From a virus (Duplodnaviria > Caudoviricetes): 64,000 bases of DNA. Under the pieces are notes generated by a model. That model was not told where the DNA came from. It did not search any database and saw only the letters and a program-made list of their open reading frames with translations. Numbering within the stretch: the stretch's first letter is position 1; each line of letters opens with the position of its first letter. Both the position numbers and the translations under genes were made by a program. Below, piece by piece: positions 1-8,686 of this stretch. The stretch lies in IMG/VR virus record IMGVR_UViG_3300018475_000104, positions 32,001 through 96,000 of that record; one strand, 5' to 3'.

Positions 1-235
1 AAAAGAAAAAATGGAAGCAAATACTGTTAAAGTTTTAACCATACATAGCGCGAAAGGCTTGGAATGGGATAATGTGGTGGTTATGGATACAAGAATTGGC
101 AGAAACGAAGAAGATAGATTTCTTGCTTATGTAGCAGCCACTCGCGCGAAGAAAAAGCTTTATTGGAATGCGGAACCTCCGCAATGGGATAGACCAAGAA
201 AAAAGAGGAATGAATGGGCTGAGGAGTGGAATTAA
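1..235 (+). CDS. C-terminal end of a UvrD/PcrA-like SF1 helicase (5' part outside window)
   Basis: Motifs V/VI: VLTIHSAKGLEWDNV and AYVAATRAKKKL. Confidence 0.8.
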   Translation, partial: KEKMEANTVKVLTIHSAKGLEWDNVVVMDTRIGRNEEDRFLAYVAATRAKKKLYWNAEPPQWDRPRKKRNEWAEEWN

Positions 236-236
236 A

Positions 237-446
237 ATGAAAATGTATGATTATTTAGTGAGTTATCATTTCCAGCAGGAAGGATATTTATCTTTTTCAA
301 TAGGAACCTCGCAAATATCTGTTAAGAAAAAAATTACTACTTTTGAAGATATAAATAAAGTACAAGAAACTTTATCAAAATCAATTGAAAAAGCAAAAAA
401 TTTAGCAATATTTAATATATGTTATCTTGGAAGAAATAAACATTAA
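237..446 (+). CDS. hypothetical protein
   Basis: ATG at 237 right after helicase stop, GAGGAG upstream; ends TAA. Confidence 0.55.
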   Translation: MKMYDYLVSYHFQQEGYLSFSIGTSQISVKKKITTFEDINKVQETLSKSIEKAKNLAIFNICYLGRNKH

Positions 447-453
447 AAATTTT

Positions 454-485
454 GGAGAAAGTTAATTTGACTTTCTCCTTTTTTT
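454..485 (+). terminator. intrinsic terminator overlapping the next -35 box
   Basis: GGAGAAAGTTAA-T-TTGACTTTCTCC hairpin followed by a T run. Confidence 0.6.
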
Positions 486-495
486 ATGGTATAAT
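467..495 (+). promoter_or_regulatory. sigma-A/70-type promoter
   Basis: TTGACT-N17-TATAAT with extended -10 TG. Confidence 0.8.
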
Positions 496-526
496 AAATA
501 TATAATGAGATAGAAAGGTGATAATC

Positions 527-919
527 ATGATTAAATGTTCATCTTATGAAGAGTTGAAAGAAAAATATCCTCTTGATGGAATTCATAATTATTGTTATGT
601 TGTTGATAAAACAAAAGAAAATTGTCTTACAGAAGCAGATTTAAAAATTTTAAAAACAGCACATCCAAATGGTTATTTTGATAAAGAAAATTGGAAGTAT
701 GAATATTATTATATTTCTTGTTATATAATGTATGACCATTATTGTTTTGATGGAGAGTATTGGTATCTTGGACTTGATAGTTGGGATGGTATATACTTTG
801 TGGATAATCTTCCTGATTTTGGCGTAGTTCTCAAAGGAATTAGAGGTACTTTTCGAACAATAGAAGAAGCAGAGAAACATAAAGAATATTTGGAAAGTGA
901 ATATATGTTTCAATTTTAA
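527..919 (+). CDS. hypothetical protein (Tyr-rich)
   Basis: ORF downstream of promoter, GAAAGGTG SD. Confidence 0.6.
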   Translation: MIKCSSYEELKEKYPLDGIHNYCYVVDKTKENCLTEADLKILKTAHPNGYFDKENWKYEYYYISCYIMYDHYCFDGEYWYLGLDSWDGIYFVDNLPDFGVVLKGIRGTFRTIEEAEKHKEYLESEYMFQF

Positions 920-937
920 ATAGGAAGGAGAAAATAA

Positions 938-2800
938 ATGACTGAATATACAGCAAATGATATTCAAACTCTTGATTTTAGAACGGCAATCCGTTCTCGT
1001 ATTGCCATGTATATGGGCAGCGCAGATAATCAAGGGGTACTCCAATGTGTAAGAGAAATTATCACCAACTCCATTGATGAAGCAACAATGGGGTTTGGTA
1101 ATAGAATTACAATTGATTTATATGAAGGCAATCGTATTAAAATTGCTGACGAAGGTCGTGGTTGCCCTTTTGGATTGCGCGATGACGGCACAGAGGCACT
1201 CGAAGCGATTTACACAATGGCACATTCTGGTGCAAAATTTAATGATAAAATTTTCCAAAACGTAGCAGGCATGAATGGTATTGGCGCGAAGGGTGTAGCG
1301 TTGTCTTCTGATTATTTTCATGTGACAAGCGTGAGAGATGGAAAGCTTGCCGCTCTGACTCTGGAAAAAGGTATTAAAACCAATTTTATGATTGGAGATT
1401 TTGAAGAAGGTGTAACTCGTCATAGTGGAACAACTGTAACTTTTGTTCCTTCCCAGGAAGTATATAATCTTGAACCCGTCAAATTCGACTTTGAAGAAAT
1501 TAAAAAGATGTGCCAAGACTGGTCTTATTTGTCTAAAGGTATCTCCTTCATTCTTCATAATCATATCACAAATGAAAAAGTAACCTATCTTTCTAAAAAT
1601 GGCTTGATCGACCTTATGAAAGAAAAGGGCGGAAAACTTCTTCACAAAACTCCTTTGCATATCGTTGTAGAAGAAGATAAAATTGAAGCAGAAATTGTAA
1701 TGGGTTGGACTGGCGGCCGCAATGAAACTTGGCACGTGTTCACAAATGGTCTTGAAAACTCTGAAGGCGGCACTTCCTTAACTGGTATTAAAACCGCACT
1801 TACAAACTTCTTTAAGAAGAAGCTGAAAGGTGAAGCCGCACCAGATATTCTACGCAAAGGACTTTTCTATGCAGTAACCTGTAAAGTGCCTAATCCTTCT
1901 TTCGCTAATCAAACCAAAACGAAAGTAAACAACCCCGAACTTCGTGGCCTATGCCAGCGCGCAACCACTCAAATGCTTGAACAGTTTGAGCATCGTCATA
2001 AGGACGAATTTGATAAGGTGCTTGAACTACTCACCAGAGAACTTAAGGCTGAGGCTGCTGCTGAGAAGACGCGCAAGCAAGTTTTGGAAGCAACTAAGGA
2101 CATCGAAAAAAATCAAAAGCGAAAAGTCTTTTCTTCCGACAAGTTAAAGGACGCTGAATATCTCGGACAGGACTCTACTCTGCTTATTGTGGAGGGTGAT
2201 TCTGCGGCAAGCTCTATTGCTAAGGCGCGCGATTATAAGAAATATGGTATCTTAGCAATTCGTGGTAAAATGTTGAACTGTCTCGCACATCCAGATGATA
2301 AGATTTTTGAAAATGAAGAAATTAAGCTTTTGCTTAGTGCGATGAATATTATTCCCAATAAGTATAATAGCGAAAAGCTTCGTTATGGAAAGATTGGCAT
2401 CTGTGTCGATGCTGATAGCGATGGTGGGCATATCGCTTTGCTTATTATGTCAGCACTTCATTATCTCGCGCCAAAGTTCCTTGACGAGGGAAGACTCTGT
2501 TGGTTAAGGTCTCCTTTGTATATTGTAAAGAATGGCAAGACTTATTCTTACTACTTTACTGATGAAGAGTTTAATAAAGTGAGAGGAAAGATTCGTGGTG
2601 AAGTCACTCGTGCCAAGGGATTGGGCGCGCTCTCTCCCGAAATGGCTCAGGAGTCTATGTTTGGTGAATATCAGAGAATGGATATTCTTGAAGTGGATGA
2701 GAGTGCGAAGGTTCTGCTTGAAGATTTGATGGGCGTTGATGTAGAGCCAAGAAGAAAATTTGTGTTTAATGAAATTGACTTTTCGGAAGTGAGAGAATAA
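938..2800 (+). CDS. gyrB: type IIA topoisomerase subunit B (GyrB/ParE family)
   Basis: GHKL motifs EIITNSIDE, DEGRG, GMNGIG; TOPRIM motifs VEGDSA, IRGKMLN, DADSDG; KGLG. Confidence 0.93.
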   Translation: MTEYTANDIQTLDFRTAIRSRIAMYMGSADNQGVLQCVREIITNSIDEATMGFGNRITIDLYEGNRIKIADEGRGCPFGLRDDGTEALEAIYTMAHSGAKFNDKIFQNVAGMNGIGAKGVALSSDYFHVTSVRDGKLAALTLEKGIKTNFMIGDFEEGVTRHSGTTVTFVPSQEVYNLEPVKFDFEEIKKMCQDWSYLSKGISFILHNHITNEKVTYLSKNGLIDLMKEKGGKLLHKTPLHIVVEEDKIEAEIVMGWTGGRNETWHVFTNGLENSEGGTSLTGIKTALTNFFKKKLKGEAAPDILRKGLFYAVTCKVPNPSFANQTKTKVNNPELRGLCQRATTQMLEQFEHRHKDEFDKVLELLTRELKAEAAAEKTRKQVLEATKDIEKNQKRKVFSSDKLKDAEYLGQDSTLLIVEGDSAASSIAKARDYKKYGILAIRGKMLNCLAHPDDKIFENEEIKLLLSAMNIIPNKYNSEKLRYGKIGICVDADSDGGHIALLIMSALHYLAPKFLDEGRLCWLRSPLYIVKNGKTYSYYFTDEEFNKVRGKIRGEVTRAKGLGALSPEMAQESMFGEYQRMDILEVDESAKVLLEDLMGVDVEPRRKFVFNEIDFSEVRE

Positions 2801-2802
2801 TT

Positions 2803-2997
2803 ATGAGAAAAACTACAAAAGAAATAATTAAAATTTTTGAAAATGATACAAATTTAGATTATTTTAAAATTATTGACAATAATAAATTAATATATTACGA
2901 TACAAGAAATAATGATATTAGTATTATTATTCTTGGATTAGATGGTAGAATTTTTAAAATTTTAAGAGAAGTTAATTTTTCACAGGTGAGAGAATAA
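2803..2997 (+). CDS. small hypothetical protein whose C-terminus copies the GyrB C-terminus
   Basis: 64 aa ORF ending EVNFSQVRE, versus GyrB EIDFSEVRE. Confidence 0.5.
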   Translation: MRKTTKEIIKIFENDTNLDYFKIIDNNKLIYYDTRNNDISIIILGLDGRIFKILREVNFSQVRE

Positions 2998-2999
2998 TC

Positions 3000-3173
3000 A
3001 TGAAATATTTCTTTAATGGAAAAAATTATGAAATGCCAGATATTGAATGTTCTTATACCATTTTAAATAGAATTTTAGTTGAAAAAGAAGATGATGAAAA
3101 AGTTCCCTTTTTCGCATTCGACAATGAAAAATTGAAACTTATAATTATTTTTGGAAAAGAAATTAAAGAATAA
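3000..3173 (+). CDS. small hypothetical protein (57 aa, not in ORF track)
   Basis: MKYFFNGKNYEMPDIECS...KEIKE-TAA, preceded by AGGTGAGAG. Confidence 0.45.
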   Translation: MKYFFNGKNYEMPDIECSYTILNRILVEKEDDEKVPFFAFDNEKLKLIIIFGKEIKE

Positions 3174-3179
3174 TAAAGT

Positions 3180-3208
3180 TTGAAAGTTTTCTAAATTTAT
3201 TATATAAT
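3180..3208 (+). promoter_or_regulatory. sigma-A-type promoter for gyrA
   Basis: TTGAAA-N17-TATAAT, then AAGGAGG SD. Confidence 0.75.
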
Positions 3209-3236
3209 ATATATGTAAGTTGAAAGGAGGAAACAA

Positions 3237-5582
3237 ATGAATTTAACTCCTATTATAAAAGACTCCTTCGCGCAATATTCTGGCGCCGTCCTTCAATCTC
3301 GCGCACTTCCCGATGTGCGCGATATGCTGAAGCCTTCGGCGCGACAAATTTTCTATTGCCTTTATACAGATAAATTCACTCACAATAAACCCTTTAAGAA
3401 AACCCTAAAGGCTATTGGTAGTGCAATGCGTATGTATATCCATGGCGATAGTTCGTGCGAAGGAATTATAATGCGAGCTTCGCAAGATTTTGCTATGAGA
3501 TATCCTTTCGTAGAAGTGGAAGGTTCTAACGGCGACCCTGTCCTAAGCGGTAACTGGTCTGCGCCTCGTTATACTTCTTCAAGACTATCCCAACTGGCAA
3601 ATTACTTGTTTGAAGATATAGAGAAAAATACCATTAACGAGTGGCGAGATAATTATGACGATACAGAACAGTATCCTGCCATTCTCCCCACAAAGGGCTT
3701 TTATGGAATTGTTAATGGCGGTATGGGCATCGGTGTAGGTGCAGCTTTTAGTTGCCCGCAATTTAACATCAAAGATGTCAATGCCGCACTTGAAAAACTA
3801 CTCGACAATCCAGATATTGACTTTGAGGAGATTTATTGCGCGCCGGACTTTGCGAGTGGCGCAATTCTTCTTAATGAGTCCGAAGTAAAAGAAAGCCTTA
3901 AAAAGGGAACTGGACTTGCTTGTAAGTTGCGGTCTGTTGTATCTTTTGATTCAACTGAAAGATGTTTAATTGCAACAGAAATTCCTTATGGGGTTTATAC
4001 AAGCACCATTTGCGGTGAACTTGATAAAATTCTTGAGGATGAAGCCAACCCTGGTGTAGATAGGTATAATGACCTAACCAAGGGAACTCCTATCATCAAA
4101 ATTTATCTCAAACGCGCGGCCAATCCAGATAAGGTGTTGAAGTATTTGTATAAGAATACTTCTCTCCAATCTCATTTTGGTATCAATCTCACAATGCTTG
4201 AAAATGGTCGTTTCCCCAAAGTGTTTGGTTGGAAAGAAGCTCTTCAAGCTCATATTGACCATGAGAAGGTAGTTTATCGTAGAGGTTACGAATTTGATTT
4301 AAACAAGATAGAACAGCGAATCCATATTATTGATGGTTTGTTTATTTGTCTTGCCCAAATCGAAGAAGTAATTCAAACAATCAAATCCTCTGTTTCAACT
4401 ACTGCCGCAAATAAGGCTTTGTGTGAGAAGTTCCTTCTTGATGAAGCACAGGCAAAAGCAGTTTTGGATATGAAACTTTCTCGTTTGGCTCATTTGGAAG
4501 TAGAAAAAATTGAGAAAGAGAAAGAAGAATTAGAAAAAGAAGCCGCCAAGATAAAAGAACTTTTGAGTAATACTGTTTTATTTAACGAACAACTCAAACT
4601 TGGTTGGCGCGAAGTGGCTAAAAAATTTGGTGACGCGCGCAGAACTAAAGTAATGAATTTGGTCGTTAATGAAGAGGAACCCACCGAAGTTCGTCAACTC
4701 ATTCTGAACTTCACCAACCACGGGAACATTTTTATCTCTGAAAGCTCTACTCTTTATACACAAAAGCGTGGTGGAGTAGGAACCAAGTTTAAGCTTGATA
4801 AGGGAGAATATGTTGTTTCCGCAAAGATTGGTGATAGTACAGATACTGTGCTTTTCTTCTCCAATAAAGGTAACTTCTATCATGCAAAGATGAATGAGAT
4901 GCCCGTTGGCGAAAAAATTCACACCTCTTCTCTAATCTCAATCCATTCCTATGAAGAGATTCGCGCAGCAACTGTATTGTCTAAAACAGACAAGAAAAAG
5001 TTTATTATCTTTGTCACCAAGCAAGGTATTGTAAAGAAAAGTGAACTTGATGAATACAATGTAAAACGTGGCGGTGGCGCGAAGGCAATTGAACTTCAAG
5101 ATACGGATGAAATTGTATCAACACTTTTTGTTGATGATGAACCTTGTGGTATTCTTACTGCTGAAGGTAACTTGCTACTAATTGAAACAAAGGATATTCG
5201 CGCGATTGGACGTATAGCAAAAGGAGTTAAGGGCATCAAGCTAAACGATGGCGACTATGTTGTCAGCGCGAAAGCATTGCCAGAAGCAACAAAAGAAATC
5301 CTGTCTATTTCGTCCAGCGGCTTATCTAAGCGAACTGACTATTCTGAGTTCTCAATTACTGGCAAGAATACCAAAGGCAAAAAGGTTCAAAAGATTGTTG
5401 ACAAGGACTTCATGGTAGACTTCCTACCTATTGAGTCAAATAATGATGTGGTAGTTGTATCTTCCACCGCGCAGTTGAGAATTTCTCTTGTCGATATTTC
5501 TCTTTTAGGACGTGGCGCGCAAGGCAACAAAACAATTAAACTGAAAGAAAAGGATAGAGTTATCTCTCTCCAAACAGTTTAA
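3237..5582 (+). CDS. gyrA: DNA gyrase/topo IV subunit A with C-terminal pinwheel repeats
   Basis: RALPDVRD.LKP, HGDSS, catalytic APRYT, GyrA-box-like QKRGGVG, repeated GRxxKG blades. Confidence 0.92.
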   Translation: MNLTPIIKDSFAQYSGAVLQSRALPDVRDMLKPSARQIFYCLYTDKFTHNKPFKKTLKAIGSAMRMYIHGDSSCEGIIMRASQDFAMRYPFVEVEGSNGDPVLSGNWSAPRYTSSRLSQLANYLFEDIEKNTINEWRDNYDDTEQYPAILPTKGFYGIVNGGMGIGVGAAFSCPQFNIKDVNAALEKLLDNPDIDFEEIYCAPDFASGAILLNESEVKESLKKGTGLACKLRSVVSFDSTERCLIATEIPYGVYTSTICGELDKILEDEANPGVDRYNDLTKGTPIIKIYLKRAANPDKVLKYLYKNTSLQSHFGINLTMLENGRFPKVFGWKEALQAHIDHEKVVYRRGYEFDLNKIEQRIHIIDGLFICLAQIEEVIQTIKSSVSTTAANKALCEKFLLDEAQAKAVLDMKLSRLAHLEVEKIEKEKEELEKEAAKIKELLSNTVLFNEQLKLGWREVAKKFGDARRTKVMNLVVNEEEPTEVRQLILNFTNHGNIFISESSTLYTQKRGGVGTKFKLDKGEYVVSAKIGDSTDTVLFFSNKGNFYHAKMNEMPVGEKIHTSSLISIHSYEEIRAATVLSKTDKKKFIIFVTKQGIVKKSELDEYNVKRGGGAKAIELQDTDEIVSTLFVDDEPCGILTAEGNLLLIETKDIRAIGRIAKGVKGIKLNDGDYVVSAKALPEATKEILSISSSGLSKRTDYSEFSITGKNTKGKKVQKIVDKDFMVDFLPIESNNDVVVVSSTAQLRISLVDISLLGRGAQGNKTIKLKEKDRVISLQTV

Positions 5583-5602
5583 AAATTCTAGCCAATTAAA
5601 AT

Positions 5603-5631
5603 TTGAAAAAATTTCAAAATTAGGCTATAAT
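5603..5631 (+). promoter_or_regulatory. sigma-A-type promoter
   Basis: TTGAAA-N17-TATAAT. Confidence 0.75.
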
Positions 5632-5723
5632 ATATATAGAAAGTTGAGAGAAGAAAGCCTCAACTTCGGCCATCCTTGAATGGCAAATAAAAAATATTTT
5701 AATTAAAAAGGAGATTGAAAATC

Positions 5724-5978
5724 ATGGCAGACACTATTAAACTAACCGAAAAGACTCTAGAGGCATTTAACTTTGTAAAGGAAAAGGGTGGTCGTGTATC
5801 CACTAAGGACATTCAGGCAGGTCTAGGTCTAGAGAAGATCGCTTCCGTAACTGGCCGCGTAACCAGCCTTTGCAATAAGGGCCTAGCCGTTCGTGAGTAT
5901 GAAGAGGATTCCGAGGGCAATAAGATTTGCTACGTAGTTCTAACTGACGAAGGTATGGAGTATACTCCCGCTGAGTAA
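5724..5978 (+). CDS. small winged-HTH DNA-binding protein
   Basis: AAGGAG SD; STKDIQAGLGL...SVTGRVTSLCNKGL...VVLTDEG fits a MarR-like wHTH pattern. Confidence 0.6.
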   Translation: MADTIKLTEKTLEAFNFVKEKGGRVSTKDIQAGLGLEKIASVTGRVTSLCNKGLAVREYEEDSEGNKICYVVLTDEGMEYTPAE

Positions 5979-5994
5979 TTAAACTCACAAGTAG

Positions 5995-6026
5995 TAGGGC
6001 ATTAGTTCATTCCTAATGCCCTATTT
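5995..6026 (+). terminator. hairpin / probable terminator
   Basis: TAGGGCATTAG-loop-CTAATGCCCTA followed by TTT. Confidence 0.55.
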
Positions 6027-6070
6027 CTCCCTTAGAAAGAACTAAAATTTTAAAAAAGAGGTATAATAAA

Positions 6071-6997
6071 ATGAGAGTTGCAGAAAATAAAGTTCGTATT
6101 GAAGGTATCCTAAGTGAAACTAATCTTGAGTATGGTTCTTTCCAGAAGGATGGCAAGACAGTCGAATGTATCCGTGGTCTGATTAAGGTTCTCGTAAATC
6201 AGAGTGTAAACGGAATTCCTACCGACAATGAAATTCCGGTTCATATGTTTGCTTCTAAGCTGAAGAATGATGGTACACCCAATCCCGCATATGAATCTAT
6301 TGACCGCATTAAGAGGGAATATATTTCTATTGCTGCATCCGAAAATGGTGAAGCAGGCGCAGATTGTGTTCGTATTACAGGTGCGCAGATTACAATGAAT
6401 GAGTATTACAATCAGAATAAGCAGCTTGTGTCTTTCCCCCGTATCCAGGCTTCCTTCGTTCAGAAGATTGCTCGTAAGGATATGAAGCCCGAAGCTTCTT
6501 TCAGCGCTGAAATGGTAGTTGGCGCAAAGGGTTATAAGACCGATGCTGAGGGTAATGAAGTTGAACCTCGTGTTTATTCTGTAAAAGGTATCATGCCCCT
6601 ATACGGTGATAAGGTTCAGGTTGTTGAGTTTATCGCAGCCAATGAAAAGGTTGCCGATGTTGTTGAAAACAACTGGGAAGAAAAAGACACTGTTAAGTTT
6701 ATCGGTCGTCTAAACTTCTCTTCTCGCACTGAAACTTATCTTGAAGAAGTTGACTTTGGTGAGCCTCAAGAGCGCACTCGTACTTTGTCTGTAAGTGAAC
6801 TACTAATTACTGGTGGTTCTAAGGATCCTCTCGAAGGTGACTTTGCTTTTGATAAGGATGACATTCAGAAAGCTCTATCTGACCGCATCGCTCGTCTGGA
6901 AGCTCAGAAGACTAAGGATATTGAACGTGCAAAGGCTCGTAAGGCTCCTGCTCCTGCTAATGAGACTTCGAAGGGTAGTTTTGACCTCGGATTTTAA
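6071..6997 (+). CDS. putative single-stranded DNA-binding / replication protein
   Basis: Beta-rich body, flexible tail ending FDLGF, position before an AAA ATPase; function inferred from context. Confidence 0.45.
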   Translation: MRVAENKVRIEGILSETNLEYGSFQKDGKTVECIRGLIKVLVNQSVNGIPTDNEIPVHMFASKLKNDGTPNPAYESIDRIKREYISIAASENGEAGADCVRITGAQITMNEYYNQNKQLVSFPRIQASFVQKIARKDMKPEASFSAEMVVGAKGYKTDAEGNEVEPRVYSVKGIMPLYGDKVQVVEFIAANEKVADVVENNWEEKDTVKFIGRLNFSSRTETYLEEVDFGEPQERTRTLSVSELLITGGSKDPLEGDFAFDKDDIQKALSDRIARLEAQKTKDIERAKARKAPAPANETSKGSFDLGF

Positions 6998-7015
6998 TTG
7001 AGGAGGTTGTAAACT

Positions 7016-7999
7016 ATGGCTATTGATTTATTGGCTATTCAACCTACGACTATTTCCCGCGATCTTCGCGGGAAGTATGTCTTACTTTATGGTAAGCCTA
7101 AGTCTGGTAAAACCACTGCTGCTGTTCAGTTCCCTAGAGCACTTCTATGTGCCTTTGAGAAAGGTTATAATGCGATTGGCGGTGTAAAGCCAGTAGACGT
7201 TGATAAGTGGTCTGATTTTAAGCAGGTACTTCGTCAGTTGGCTAAGCCAGAAGTTAAAGAAATTTATGAAACAATCGTAATTGACACTGTTTCAATTGCT
7301 TGGGATTTATGTGAGCAGTTTGTTTGCGCGCAGAACGGTGTTCAGAAAATCGCTGACATTCCTTGGGGTGGCGGTTATTCTGCGGCCAAGAAAGAGTTTG
7401 AATCTACACTTCGTAAGATTACCCAGCTTGGGTATGGTGTTGTTCTAATCGCACACAGCGCGACTCGCATTGAAAAGGGTGCTGATGGTAGTGATATTGA
7501 GATTATTTCTCCCGAACTACCCAAACGCGCCTATGAAGTATGTAATGGTATCGTCGATATTATTGGCTATATTGGCAATGAGTGGGTAAATGGTGAACAG
7601 CATCGTTGGCTATATACTCGTGAAACGCCTACTCTATTTGCTGGTTCTCGCTTTAAGCATCTTGCGCCTAAGATTCCGTTCAGTTATCAGAATCTTGTAA
7701 ATGCTATTGGCGAAGCTATTGATAAAGCCGAACAGATTGATGGAGCCAAAGTTATTGAACACGCTGTCACAAGAGAGGTTGAGGTTCTTAATTTCAATGA
7801 GATTAGAGCTGAAGCAGAAAGCCTTTGGAAGCAGTTGCTTGCCAAGGGGCAGACAGATGAAGAAAAACAGGATATTGCTAAAGCCATTAGCAAGAAAATT
7901 GAAATGGTATTTGGTAGAACAATGAGACTTTCTGAGATTACAGAAGACCAGGTTGATTTGTTTAATCTTGTTGTTCTTGATATGCGCGACATGCTTTAA
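7016..7999 (+). CDS. phage AAA ATPase (Sak4/AAA_24-like)
   Basis: Walker A YGKPKSGKTT, Walker B IVIDT, LIAH. Confidence 0.75.
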   Translation: MAIDLLAIQPTTISRDLRGKYVLLYGKPKSGKTTAAVQFPRALLCAFEKGYNAIGGVKPVDVDKWSDFKQVLRQLAKPEVKEIYETIVIDTVSIAWDLCEQFVCAQNGVQKIADIPWGGGYSAAKKEFESTLRKITQLGYGVVLIAHSATRIEKGADGSDIEIISPELPKRAYEVCNGIVDIIGYIGNEWVNGEQHRWLYTRETPTLFAGSRFKHLAPKIPFSYQNLVNAIGEAIDKAEQIDGAKVIEHAVTREVEVLNFNEIRAEAESLWKQLLAKGQTDEEKQDIAKAISKKIEMVFGRTMRLSEITEDQVDLFNLVVLDMRDML

Positions 8000-8020
8000 T
8001 TTAACATTCAGTCTTAGATT

Positions 8021-8046
8021 AGAGGTAGAGAAATCTACCTCTTTTT
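8021..8046 (+). terminator. intrinsic terminator
   Basis: AGAGGTAGA-GAAA-TCTACCTCT followed by TTTT. Confidence 0.75.
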
Positions 8047-8049
8047 AAT

Positions 8050-8078
8050 TTGACTTTTTAAAAAAATTATGGTATAAT
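8050..8078 (+). promoter_or_regulatory. sigma-A-type promoter
   Basis: TTGACT-N17-TATAAT with extended TG. Confidence 0.8.
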
Positions 8079-8107
8079 AATTTTAGGAAAAGAATTGAGG
8101 TGGAAAT

Positions 8108-8686
8108 ATGGCTCATGTTGTAAAGTGTAGATGGTGTGGGAAACAATTTGACACCGAAAAAATAGAGCAAGATAAATGGATTATGCCCTCAAAGGGGCAA
8201 TATTATCATAGAGATTGTTATGAGGAGAAAATTCAACCTGGCGCAGTTAAGCCAACTACACAAGAGAACAAAGAAAATGAGTTCCAAACTTGGAGAGATA
8301 ATATTTTCGACCTCATACAACGAGACTTAAAAGGGAAGTGTGATTTCGCGCGAATTACACAAATGATGACAAGTTATAAAGCACAGCACAAAGATTGGAC
8401 TTATAAAGGAATGTACTATGCTTTAAGATGGTTTTATTTAATTAGGAAAAATGATTGGTCAAAAGCAAACGGCGCCATAGGCATACTTCCTTATATATAT
8501 TATGACGGGACAGAATATTGGAGACAAAGAGAACGAGAAGATATTGGTATTGTAAAACGAATTGAAGAGCAAATCACGCAAATGAAAGAAGTTCAAGTTA
8601 AAGAAATTGCTCGTTCTAATAAAAAGAAGAAACGTGGTGTTAAAACGGTTAGTTTTGAAGACATTGAAGGGATGGAAGAAGAATGA
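8108..8686 (+). CDS. hypothetical protein with N-terminal Zn finger
   Basis: CRWC...HRDC; overlaps helicase start (ATGA). Confidence 0.65.
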   Translation: MAHVVKCRWCGKQFDTEKIEQDKWIMPSKGQYYHRDCYEEKIQPGAVKPTTQENKENEFQTWRDNIFDLIQRDLKGKCDFARITQMMTSYKAQHKDWTYKGMYYALRWFYLIRKNDWSKANGAIGILPYIYYDGTEYWRQREREDIGIVKRIEEQITQMKEVQVKEIARSNKKKKRGVKTVSFEDIEGMEEE

